Below, one piece after another: positions 27,486 to 36,434 of a stretch of 64,000 bases of DNA (the stretch's first letter is position 1; every line of letters starts with the position of its first letter). The notes under the pieces were generated by a model, which did no database searches, was not told the origin of the DNA, and saw only the letters and a list, made by a program, of their open reading frames with translations. The stretch is taken from contig BTUM01000012.1 in the NCBI GenBank assembly GCA_045863235.1, positions 1-64,000 of the forward strand. The letters are read 5' to 3'. The translations under genes were made by a program, and so were the position numbers. The DNA is from Candidatus Xenobia bacterium. Lineage in GTDB: Bacteria; Vulcanimicrobiota; Xenobia; Xenobiales; QWHO01.

Positions 27486-29890
27486 GCCGAGGGATTCGCC
27501 ACCAGCTCGGGAGATTCCGTCAGGCGTGAGCGGTTGAGCTGGTAGACGAAGGAGACGCACATCAGCAGGGCTCCCAGGATCATCAGGGTGGTGACCCGGC
27601 TGTAGGCGCTCAGCACCCCCACGTCCACGCACAGGATCTTGAGCGTGGCCGCGGCCAGGATGGTCAGGCCGAAGAGGCGGAACACCTTCAGCTCGCGGTG
27701 CACTCCGATCAGGATGAAGAGGAAAGCCGAGGCGCACCAGAAGGCCGACAAGATGACCTGGAACTCGATCAGCACACCCAGGGCCGAGTGCAGGAAGCCG
27801 GCCGAGCCGAAGCTGAAGGCCGTCAGACCCATCACCAGCAGCTCGTTACGCGGCTCACCTGGCTGCAGCCGGCGGGCCAGCAGGAAGTAGCTCGAGGTCA
27901 CGCCCACAAAGCCGGCCAGATCGAGCCAGCCCAGGCTGTGCGTGGGCAAGAGATAAGGCCCGTAGGGACCGAAGCCCAGGGTTCCGTCCACCAGGATGGA
28001 CTTGAGGCAGGCCAGGAAGAGCAGCGTGCGCGCGGCCCGGGGCTCTCGGCTCAGGAGCAGCCCGCCGGCCAGGCACCACAGCAGCGTCACTCCGGCCCCC
28101 GAGCCGAGCGCGAAGGACGCTTTCAGGCCGATCGCCAGGGGGACGATCCAGCGCGCTCCCTCGGGCATGGCCGCCCAGAGCAGGGCCAGGGCCCACAACA
28201 CGGGAGACTCAGACAGGGGCACCGCCAGCAGGGCGAACCAGGCCGTCACGCCGGCCAGAAGGTCGATGGCCTTCTTGCGGAAGGGCTCGAACGAGGCCCG
28301 AGGCCAGAGGGTCAGGCTCAGCGCCACAGCCGCGGAGAGCACCAGGGCCGGGCCGATGCCCCAGACCAGGCTCAGGGGAGCCAGCACCACCAGGGCCAGA
28401 GGCTCGAGACAGGACTCGCGCTCGCGCCGCAGCACGGCGGCCGAAGTCGTCAGGACGGCGGCAATCCCCAGTCGGGCCCACCAGGCCACCGGCAGAAGGC
28501 AAGCCGCGGCGGCCACGACCAGGGCCAGCAAGATGACCAGCGAGCGCATCTCCTCGCGCACGCGCTCGAGTCGCAGGCCCAGCACGGCCAGCAACAGGGC
28601 CAGCGAGGCTGCCGCCAGCAGGGCCAGCGACGGGGTGCCATCGTGCAGCACCATGGCCCCGGTGCGCAGCACCGCCGTGGCCAGTGCCGCGCGAGCCATC
28701 AGGTCGGCCCCGGGCAGGTCCTGCGGGCGATTGAGGATGGACACGCCGTAGGCGGTCAGAGCTCCCACGCAGACAAGTGAAAGCAGCATCTGGTGCAGCA
28801 CCTCGGCGGCACTGGTCTGGGGCATCTCGGGCAGCACGTAGCACAGCTGCACCGCTACCAAAAACAGAGCCAGGTAGGAGAACCGGCTCAGGATGGCGGC
28901 CTGGAAGCGGCGGGCCAGGGCCAGCAGCAGGAAGGCCTCGGCCAGCCAGAGCACCGAGGTCAGGGCGAAGAAGCTGGTGTCGCTGGCGAAGTAGGGCACG
29001 AAGCTGATGGCCGCGTTGGCGAAGAGCAGGGTGAGGATGAGGTTGATGCGCTGGAGCAGCGCATAGCCCCGGGCTCGTGCCGCCAGCGTCAGGGCCAGGT
29101 GCACCGCGAAAAGGGTCGCGTAGAGCGAGACGGCCACGGCGTTGGGCAGCAAGAATAGCACCAGGTAGGAGAGCAGGGCGAAAGCGGTCGGCTGGACCAG
29201 CCCTAAGAGCATGCCCAGCTCGTCCTGCTCGTCGCGGACAAACTGGAACAGGTAGTTGCTCAGGAGGAAGAGAGCGTAGGTGCTGGCCAGGAAGGCCAGG
29301 GTCAGGACCGGTTGGCTGAGCTGGAACTGGGCGAAGAAGAGGGCGTAGCTACCCAGAAAGCCGATGACCAGGTAGGTGGGGTAGCGCCGGTACCAGGCCA
29401 GCAGCGTGGTGCCCAGGTGGATGGAGACCAGGTAGGCCACCAGCGCCCCGCCCGGGAGCCGCAGAAAGAAAGGGGCCAGGAAGAGGGCGGCCAGCATGCC
29501 GTGCCCGAGGAAGGTGCACTGGTAACGAAACACGGCCAGCCCGCCCCAGGCCACCAGCAGCATCACGCTGGCCACCAGGCCGGCAGTGGGCAACAGGTGG
29601 AACAGGTAGTGGGCGGCGCAGGCGGTGAACAAGAGCACGATCGAGCCCGTGGCCAGCAGGGGCTGGGCGTAGGCGGGCAGGCTGCCCTTGAAGCAACGGT
29701 CGCCCAGGAAGAGCAGCGTCAGACCCAGCGCCAGGCCGCCCAGGCAGGGCAACCAGCCGCTCTGGACCACGCCGCGCAGATTGAACCAGTTGACCAGCCC
29801 GATCAGGAGCAACAGACCGCCAGCCAGGTTGAGACCCAGTCCGGCGAAGCGCATTTCGGCCCTGGAGGCCTTGTCGGTATATTGCAGCAT
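27482..29890 (-). CDS. Large polytopic membrane protein (DUF2339-like)
   Basis: 802 aa, nearly all hydrophobic helices; C-terminal LSAFW...FRLFGL...LKILCVD...SRVTTLMILG pattern. Confidence 0.75.
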   Translation of the reverse strand: MLQYTDKASRAEMRFAGLGLNLAGGLLLLIGLVNWFNLRGVVQSGWLPCLGGLALGLTLLFLGDRCFKGSLPAYAQPLLATGSIVLLFTACAAHYLFHLLPTAGLVASVMLLVAWGGLAVFRYQCTFLGHGMLAALFLAPFFLRLPGGALVAYLVSIHLGTTLLAWYRRYPTYLVIGFLGSYALFFAQFQLSQPVLTLAFLASTYALFLLSNYLFQFVRDEQDELGMLLGLVQPTAFALLSYLVLFLLPNAVAVSLYATLFAVHLALTLAARARGYALLQRINLILTLLFANAAISFVPYFASDTSFFALTSVLWLAEAFLLLALARRFQAAILSRFSYLALFLVAVQLCYVLPEMPQTSAAEVLHQMLLSLVCVGALTAYGVSILNRPQDLPGADLMARAALATAVLRTGAMVLHDGTPSLALLAAASLALLLAVLGLRLERVREEMRSLVILLALVVAAAACLLPVAWWARLGIAAVLTTSAAVLRRERESCLEPLALVVLAPLSLVWGIGPALVLSAAVALSLTLWPRASFEPFRKKAIDLLAGVTAWFALLAVPLSESPVLWALALLWAAMPEGARWIVPLAIGLKASFALGSGAGVTLLWCLAGGLLLSREPRAARTLLFLACLKSILVDGTLGFGPYGPYLLPTHSLGWLDLAGFVGVTSSYFLLARRLQPGEPRNELLVMGLTAFSFGSAGFLHSALGVLIEFQVILSAFWCASAFLFILIGVHRELKVFRLFGLTILAAATLKILCVDVGVLSAYSRVTTLMILGALLMCVSFVYQLNRSRLTESPELVANPSA

Positions 29891-29897
29891 GCCGACA

Positions 29898-29935
29898 TGA
29901 CGTCGGTGGCAGGACGAAGGTTCAATTCGGTTCGA
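29898..29935 (-). promoter_or_regulatory. ECF-type promoter TGAACC-N16-CGTCA preceded by TCGAAC repeat
   Basis: Lies between the divergent ECF sigma gene and its anti-sigma operon; near-identical element at 40071..40087. Confidence 0.6.
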
Positions 29936-29945
29936 AGCAGCTCAG

Positions 29946-30494
29946 GTGGACTCGGACGAGGAGCTTTTCCGGCAGGTTGCAGCCGGCCAGACCGAACGGC
30001 TGGGGGAGCTGGTCGAGCGCTATCAAAGACAGCTCCACTCCCTGGCGCTGCGCCTAATGCACCGCCGGCCCGAAGCCGAGGACGCGGTTCAGGAGACCTT
30101 CCTGCGTGCCCTGCGCTTTCGTCACCAGTTCCGGGAGGGCTCGAAGGTGCGCCCCTGGCTCTACCAGATCTGCCTGAATTTGTGCCGTGACCAGCTGCGC
30201 AAACGCTCGCGCCACCCCGAGTCAGACCTGGAGGACCTGGTGGTGGCCGACCCCGCCCGGGGCCCCGAGGAGCAGTCTCTGCAGAAGCTGACCGCCGAGC
30301 GCGTGCGCCAGGCGGTCTCGGCCCTGCCCGATAAGCACCGCGAAGTGTTCATCCTGGTGCAGTATCAGAACATGAGCTACCTGGAGGCGGCCGAGGTCAT
30401 GGGCGTGCCCGTGGGCACGATCAAGTCGCGCATGTTTCACGCCAGCGCCAAGCTGGCCGAGGCTCTGAAGGACCTGCGCCAGGTCCAATCGTGA
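29946..30494 (+). CDS. ECF RNA polymerase sigma factor (SigW/RpoE-like)
   Basis: AEDAVQETFLRA, PWLYQICLNLCRD, MSYLEAAEVMGVPVGTIKSRMF. Confidence 0.93.
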   Translation: MDSDEELFRQVAAGQTERLGELVERYQRQLHSLALRLMHRRPEAEDAVQETFLRALRFRHQFREGSKVRPWLYQICLNLCRDQLRKRSRHPESDLEDLVVADPARGPEEQSLQKLTAERVRQAVSALPDKHREVFILVQYQNMSYLEAAEVMGVPVGTIKSRMFHASAKLAEALKDLRQVQS

Positions 30495-30506
30495 TCGACC
30501 TGGTCT

Positions 30507-31751
30507 TCACCTCGCTTCACCCGCCCCCGCCCACAGCTGCGCGAGCTCGGAGCAAACCCTGACCGCCTGGGCCATGTCCTGCACGCTGACCCATTCCAGG
30601 GGGCCGTGGAAGTTCTGCATGCCGGTGAACAGGTTGGGCGTGGGCAGCCCCCGCGCGGTCAGAATCGAGCCATCGGTTCCCCCGCGCAGCACCGTGAAGG
30701 CCGGCTCGATACCGCAGCGCCGATAAGCCTCGGCAGCCAGGTCCACGGGCCGCATGTCCTGCTCGAGACGATAGCGCATGTTGCGGTACTGCTCGATCAC
30801 CTTGACATTGATCTGGCAGCGTGGCTCGGTGGCGGCCACGGCCTCGCACACCTGCCGGAGCAGTCGGCAGTGAGCATCCAGCCCTTCGAGCTCGAAGTCG
30901 CGCACGATGAAGGTGAGGGTGGCCTGGTGGGCTGTGCCCTTCAACTCGTTGGCGTGGAGAAATCCCTGGCGCCCATCGGTGGTCTCGGGAGTGCGCTGGG
31001 CCTGCGGCAATGTCTGCAGAATCCTGGCCGCCAGGTGCAGGGCGTTCACCAGTTTGTCTTTGGCGTAGCCCGGATGAATGGAGACTCCCGTGATCTCGAC
31101 CACGGCCCGGTTGGCCGAGAAGGTCTCGTAGCAGAGCTCGCCCACCTGGCCCCCGTCCAGTGTATAGGCCACCTCCGCGCCCAGGGTCTCCAGGGGCAGC
31201 TTACCGGCCCCTCGCCCGATCTCCTCGTCGGGGGTGAAGCACAGTCGCACCTCACCGTGGGGGATCTCGGGGTGGGTCAGGAGATGCCGCGCCAGAGTCA
31301 TCAAGATGGCCACTCCGGCCTTGTCGTCGGCTCCCAGCAAGGTATCCCCGCTGGCGGTGACCAGGTCGTGGCCCTTGCGGCTGGCCAGATAAGGAGAATC
31401 CTCGGCCTTCAAGACCATGGACGGGTCGGCGGGCAGAACGATGGGGGCTCCGTCCCACTTGCGGTGGACCAGAGGCTTGACTCCGGTGGCTTTGAACTGG
31501 GTGGTCGTGTCCACGTGGGCCAGCAGGGCCACCACCGGGGCGGGAAGAGTGCCCGGAAGACTGGCCATCAGGTAGCCCTGCTCGGTCAGCTCGATCCGCT
31601 GCGCGCCCATTTCCTGCAGCTCGCTTTGCAGCAGCCGCAGGAGATCCCACTGGCAGGCGCTGCTCGGGATCTGCGTGTCGGGGGCGGTGGAGTCGCTGGG
31701 GGTGTCGATGGCGCAGTAACGGACCAGACGTTGCTCGAGCTCTTCAATCAT
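30507..31751 (-). CDS. pepT: Peptidase T (tripeptide aminopeptidase)
   Basis: AHVDT, LLGADDKAG, FTPDEEIGRG, ETFSA, RGGTDGS, PNLFTGMQNFHGPLEW; start set at ATG 31751. Confidence 0.93.
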   Translation of the reverse strand: MIEELEQRLVRYCAIDTPSDSTAPDTQIPSSACQWDLLRLLQSELQEMGAQRIELTEQGYLMASLPGTLPAPVVALLAHVDTTTQFKATGVKPLVHRKWDGAPIVLPADPSMVLKAEDSPYLASRKGHDLVTASGDTLLGADDKAGVAILMTLARHLLTHPEIPHGEVRLCFTPDEEIGRGAGKLPLETLGAEVAYTLDGGQVGELCYETFSANRAVVEITGVSIHPGYAKDKLVNALHLAARILQTLPQAQRTPETTDGRQGFLHANELKGTAHQATLTFIVRDFELEGLDAHCRLLRQVCEAVAATEPRCQINVKVIEQYRNMRYRLEQDMRPVDLAAEAYRRCGIEPAFTVLRGGTDGSILTARGLPTPNLFTGMQNFHGPLEWVSVQDMAQAVRVCSELAQLWAGAGEAR

Positions 31752-31974
31752 GCGCGCCAGCTTTGCCGGGCCAGACAGAAAGCCCTTTCCTCCCGGCTCA
31801 GAGAAACCAGCTCCCTCGGAGTTGCACTCGGGCGCAACGACACTACCTGTCACCCGCACCGGCTACAATGAAGCGCGACTGCAGAATGGACGCATGAGCG
31901 TTCGAAAGGAAGGCCCCGTGGCGCAACGAAATTCAAGTCTACTTGAAGGGATTTCCCGCGAGGAGGTGGGCTCC

Positions 31975-32913
31975 ATGGCCCGCATTTATGCCGGCGAGTG
32001 GGCGCCGGAGTATGGCTCCCCCATGCAGATCGAAGACGACGTTCAGGGCGAAGCCGTGCTCTTCGAGCACGAGACGCTGCAGGCCGTCCCCTGCCCCGAG
32101 CCGTCGGTGCGTCCCCGACTGGCCTTCGTGGATGGCGTGCGGCACGTGGAGGCCAGCCTCTGGTATGCCGACGACCCGAGCTCCGAGCCTATCCCCGGCC
32201 TGGCCGGTGTGGTGGCGGCCGGAGCCGTCACGCCCGATGGCGCCGGCAGGCTGAGCGTCTCCGAGGTGGTGGTCAAACGCCTGGCCATCTTCGGGGGCGG
32301 GCGCAGCGCCAGCCTGCCCGAGCAGCCCGGCGGCTGGAGTTGGGTAGCCCTGGCCACCGAAAACACCACTCTGGATGCGCCTCAGCTCGAGCTGCAGCGG
32401 CGCATGCGCGAGCAAGAGATGCTGCTGGCCGAGCGGCTGGCCGGGGCAGGCCACATCGTGGTGCTGGACGGTCCGCTCAGCCAGGTGCGCGGGCTGGCCT
32501 ATCCCGTGGTGGGCTACGTCAAGACCCACCACCGACGGCTGCTCCCCTCCGAGGCCCACGACCTGGTCTCCACCCTGCGCGGGGGCGAGCGCTCCAGCCT
32601 GTTCACCGTGAGCCAGCGGCACTCTTGCTACTTCCGACTGCTCGACCCCGGGCCCGATCGCCATCCCTGGTATGGCATCGTGCGCCTGGAGGTGCCCGGC
32701 GACCTGGGCCGCGAAGAGTCTCGCTCGCTGGTGCAGGCCACCTGCGGCGTGTTGCCGCGCTATGCAGGGGTGGCCCACGTCGATCCGCGGGCGCCCCAGA
32801 ACCTGCAGCCGGTGGCTGCCCTCGAGCGCGAGCTTCGCCGTCGCTGCGGCGATCGAGCGCTGGGTCTGCGAGCGGCCCGGGCCGCCGTACGTCAACTGGT
32901 GGAGGTGCGCTGA
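31975..32913 (+). CDS. nurA: NurA-family 5'-3' nuclease
   Basis: LAFVDGV, VVLDGPL, VGYVKTH, DPRAPQNL.P...LE; SD AGGAGG; directly upstream of herA. Confidence 0.85.
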   Translation: MARIYAGEWAPEYGSPMQIEDDVQGEAVLFEHETLQAVPCPEPSVRPRLAFVDGVRHVEASLWYADDPSSEPIPGLAGVVAAGAVTPDGAGRLSVSEVVVKRLAIFGGGRSASLPEQPGGWSWVALATENTTLDAPQLELQRRMREQEMLLAERLAGAGHIVVLDGPLSQVRGLAYPVVGYVKTHHRRLLPSEAHDLVSTLRGGERSSLFTVSQRHSCYFRLLDPGPDRHPWYGIVRLEVPGDLGREESRSLVQATCGVLPRYAGVAHVDPRAPQNLQPVAALERELRRRCGDRALGLRAARAAVRQLVEVR

Positions 32914-32914
32914 G

Positions 32915-34708
32915 ATGAGCCGAGTCGGCCTGGTCGACGGGGTAACCGAGGGAACCACCAGCACTTTTCGGGTGGTGCTCGACGACGATCAATACCTGCA
33001 GCTCGACGAGATCGTGGCCACCCGCCAGCAGTTGCCCGACGGGCAAGAGCATTTCACCTACGGCATCGTGATCGAGGTCTATAGCAAGATCGAGGGGGCC
33101 TCGTTCGCCACCGACACGGCCCGTATCGCAAGCGAGCACACCATGCCAGGCCACGCGGTGCGCACCGCCGAGGTGCGCGTGCTCCGCACCATGCCCGAGA
33201 TCTGGGTACCGCCCGCCCCCGGGGCGGCCGTGGAGCGGGCCACCGGAAGGCATCGCGAGCAGGCTCTCTATCTCGACCAGATGGCCCGGGCTCTGCCGCT
33301 GGCCCTGGACAACACCGGCCAGATGGTGCACCTCGACTACGATTTCTTAGACGGAACCAAGGGCGGCCACGTTTCCATCTCGGGCGTGTCCGGCGTGGCG
33401 ACCAAGACTTCCTTTGCCCTGCACCTGCTCTACATGCTGCTCGAAACCAGCCAGGGCAAGTCGATGCTGGGGGTGCACGCGGCCAACACGCGGGCCCTGA
33501 TCTTCAACGTCAAGGGCGAGGACCTGCTCCACTTCGACCGTTCCTCCTCAGCCTACGAGAAGCGCTGCCAGGCCGACCCGGCCCTGAGCGAGCATTGGCA
33601 CAAGCTGGGGGTGAGCCAGCCCGGACCGTTCAGCTCGGTGCGCTTTTTTGCCCCGCTCTCGCGCTTTGCCGAAGAAGGGGGATCGGTGGCCACCGACGTG
33701 CAGTCGCGCCCTTCCACCGAGATCACGCCCTACGGCTGGACGCCGCTCGAGTTCATTCGCCAGGGGCTGATGCGGTTCTGCTTCTCGGACGTGGACGACG
33801 CGCGCAACCAGCTCAGCTTCGTCGAGCAGCGGGTGCGCGTGCAACTCGCCCGCTGGGCCCACCCGGTGGAGAGCCTGCCCGGGGCGGCCGTGCTCATCCC
33901 TCCCGCCGAGGGCATGAGCTACAACCTGGAAAAGCTGAGCCAGGAGAAACGGGCGGCCCGGTTTGCGGGGGACGGTTTCGTGGTCGAGAACTTCCGCGAC
34001 CTGGTCGACTTTCTCAGCGAGCGACTCGAAGACCCTGACCGGGCCCGGGAGTGGACCGGCGGCACCCAGGCCGGCACGGTCAACGCCTTCCTGCGCCGCC
34101 TGCAGGCCATGGCCCCGCGCTTTGGCCACCTCATCACCCACCGGGTGCAGTCGCTGACCCTCGAGGGGGCGGGGGCGCCGCGCGAGAACGTGGTGGTGGT
34201 CGACATCAACAGCCTGCACGAAGACGGTCAGCGTTTCGTGGTGGGCTCGCTCCTGAGCCGCGTCTTCGAGGCCAAAGAGCGCGGCCAGCGCTTCCCCCTC
34301 CACTTCGTGGTGCTGGACGAGCTGAACAAGTACGCTCCCCGCCAGGGAAGCAGCCCGCTCAAGGAGGTTCTGGTCGACATCGCCGCCCGGGGCCGCTCGC
34401 TGGGCGTGATCTTGATCGGGGCCCAGCAGTCGGCCTCCCAGGTCGAGCCGGCGGTGACCCGCAACGCCGCCATCCGGGTGGTGGGGCGACTCGATGGGGC
34501 CGAGGCGACTTCGGACGACTACCGCTTCCTGAGCGCCGAGGTGCGCGAGCGGGCCACCCGGTTGCTGCCTGGAGCGATGGTGCTGGCCCAGCCGATGATC
34601 CCGGCACCCATCCCGTTCCGGTTCCCTTTCCCCAACTACGCTACCCGGGCCGACGAAAAGCCCGCGGTGAAACCGGAGGAGGTGGAAGAGCTCTTCGTGT
34701 TCCGCTGA
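32915..34708 (+). CDS. herA: HerA helicase/translocase (bacterial type)
   Basis: N-terminal HAS-barrel-like region, Walker A variant SGVSGVATKTS, FNVKGEDL, Walker B VVLDELNKYAP, RGRSLG, AQQ. Confidence 0.88.
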   Translation: MSRVGLVDGVTEGTTSTFRVVLDDDQYLQLDEIVATRQQLPDGQEHFTYGIVIEVYSKIEGASFATDTARIASEHTMPGHAVRTAEVRVLRTMPEIWVPPAPGAAVERATGRHREQALYLDQMARALPLALDNTGQMVHLDYDFLDGTKGGHVSISGVSGVATKTSFALHLLYMLLETSQGKSMLGVHAANTRALIFNVKGEDLLHFDRSSSAYEKRCQADPALSEHWHKLGVSQPGPFSSVRFFAPLSRFAEEGGSVATDVQSRPSTEITPYGWTPLEFIRQGLMRFCFSDVDDARNQLSFVEQRVRVQLARWAHPVESLPGAAVLIPPAEGMSYNLEKLSQEKRAARFAGDGFVVENFRDLVDFLSERLEDPDRAREWTGGTQAGTVNAFLRRLQAMAPRFGHLITHRVQSLTLEGAGAPRENVVVVDINSLHEDGQRFVVGSLLSRVFEAKERGQRFPLHFVVLDELNKYAPRQGSSPLKEVLVDIAARGRSLGVILIGAQQSASQVEPAVTRNAAIRVVGRLDGAEATSDDYRFLSAEVRERATRLLPGAMVLAQPMIPAPIPFRFPFPNYATRADEKPAVKPEEVEELFVFR

Positions 34709-34715
34709 TGCTGAA

Positions 34716-35165
34716 TCAGCGGAGAATGATCCACTGCTCGCCGGGCTGGCCGGGAGTGGTGTCGATGAAGACCTGGCAGCGCTCGGCGCCCTTCACGTAA
34801 TCGAGCTCGATCAGGCCGTTCTCGGCCGGGGCGTGCAAGACTTCGTGGGTGGTCTGGCCGCAGTTGGTCTGACCCTCGATGTGGTGGATGAGCTGGTTGC
34901 CTTCGGCGCGCACCTGATCGGGATGGTTGCGGTAAAACCGCTGCAGCGCTTCCTCGCGACGAGGGTTGCGGCCGAGCAGGCAGCCGACCGGGTCGGCAGC
35001 TTCCAGGCGGCACAGCTCGCTGCGGTCGACCATCAGCCCGCTGAAGCTCGACTCGCTGACCCCCTGGCTCAAGAAGTCGGTCTCGTTCACCAGTGCCTTC
35101 AACTGCTCGGGCGGGCGGTTGGTGCGGCTGGCGGCAAACTCAATCAGGCGCGTGCTCACGTTCAT
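34716..35165 (-). CDS. Hypothetical protein inserted antisense between herA and sbcD
   Basis: 149-aa ORF filling the gap, with its own heptamer promoter. Confidence 0.7.
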   Translation of the reverse strand: MNVSTRLIEFAASRTNRPPEQLKALVNETDFLSQGVSESSFSGLMVDRSELCRLEAADPVGCLLGRNPRREEALQRFYRNHPDQVRAEGNQLIHHIEGQTNCGQTTHEVLHAPAENGLIELDYVKGAERCQVFIDTTPGQPGEQWIILR

Positions 35166-35174
35166 CTTGAGGTG

Positions 35175-35197
35175 ACTATAGAACCCCTGCCTGAAAA
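35175..35197 (-). promoter_or_regulatory. Heptamer promoter TTTTCAG-N10-TATAGT, 9 nt before ATG (upstream repeat absent)
   Basis: Read directly. Confidence 0.65.
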
Positions 35198-35222
35198 AAA
35201 ACTACTCGAAAGGCTCCAACCC

Positions 35223-36434
35223 ATGCGCATCTTCCACACCTCCGACTGGCACCTGGGCCGGCTCACCTACGGACAGTCCCGCCGGCCCGACCAGATTGCC
35301 GCTTTCGAGCAGGCCCTGGAGGTTGCGCGCGACTTCAAGCCTCAACTGGTGCTGCACTCCGGAGACCTGTTCGATGCCTCGCGTCCCAGCGTGGAGGAGA
35401 TGAGCCTGGCCCATTCCATGCTGCGCCGGTTGGGCGAGCTGGCCCCGGTGGTGGTGGTGGCCGGCAACCACGACTCGGGAGCCCTGTTCGAGCTGTTCGA
35501 GACCCTGCTCGGCGGCGGACGCCTGCACTTCGTACCCACCATCCGGGCCCCGAAAACCGGGGGGATCCTGGAGTTCCCGGGCGCCGGCTCAGAGCTGGCC
35601 AGGGTGGTCACCATGCCCTTCCTGCACGCCAACAGGGTCGTGGACGCGCTGGAGGTGAAGGGCGAGTGCCGCACCATGAGCTATGCCGACCGCGTGGCCG
35701 CCATCCAGGCCGCTTATGCCAGCGAGTTGGAGCGGAGCTATGATCCCGCGAGCCACATCCACCTGCTGGTAGCCCATCTGCACGTGGATGGGGCCACCTG
35801 GTCGAGGAGCGAGCGCCCCCTGCACGTTTCGGCCCACTATGCCTCTCGGGCCGGGTCGCTGCCGCCCGTCAGCTACGCCGCCTTCGGCCACATCCACAAG
35901 CCCCAGGCCCTGCCCGGCAACCTGCCCGGACGCTACGCCGGCTCGCTCATCCAGCTCGACTTCGGAGAGGAGGGCGAGACCAAGGAGGTCGTTTTGATCG
36001 AGGCCGAGCCGGCCCGCGCCGCCCGCATCCAAACCGTACCCATTACCGCCGGCCGGGCCCTGTGCACCCTGGAGGGCACTGTGGACGAGCTCGAGCGCAG
36101 GTCCGAGAGCATCGACCGGGAGCTGCTGCGCCTGGTCGTCCACACCCCCCAACCCACTCCGGGCCTGCCCGAGTGGGCCGCCCGCGTCTTTCCCCGGGCC
36201 ACCCTGCTGGAGGTAGGCGAGCGCAGCCTGGCCACCCGCCTCGAGCTGGTGGGCGAGGACCATCACGGCGAGACTTTCGAGGACCTGCAGCAAGCCTTTC
36301 GCGCCTACCTGGCCGACCACGCCCCCGAGGACCTGGATGGGGACCAGCTGCTGAGCCTGTTCGCCGAGCTGGCGGACCCGGAAGAGGTGGCCCCCCGAGC
36401 CGAGCTGGTGGCTCTGCAGGAGGTGACCGCGTGA
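35223..36434 (+). CDS. sbcD: SbcD/Mre11 nuclease
   Basis: HTSDWHLG, SGDLFD, AGNHD, AHLH, FGHIHKPQ, YAGS. Confidence 0.92.
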   Translation: MRIFHTSDWHLGRLTYGQSRRPDQIAAFEQALEVARDFKPQLVLHSGDLFDASRPSVEEMSLAHSMLRRLGELAPVVVVAGNHDSGALFELFETLLGGGRLHFVPTIRAPKTGGILEFPGAGSELARVVTMPFLHANRVVDALEVKGECRTMSYADRVAAIQAAYASELERSYDPASHIHLLVAHLHVDGATWSRSERPLHVSAHYASRAGSLPPVSYAAFGHIHKPQALPGNLPGRYAGSLIQLDFGEEGETKEVVLIEAEPARAARIQTVPITAGRALCTLEGTVDELERRSESIDRELLRLVVHTPQPTPGLPEWAARVFPRATLLEVGERSLATRLELVGEDHHGETFEDLQQAFRAYLADHAPEDLDGDQLLSLFAELADPEEVAPRAELVALQEVTA

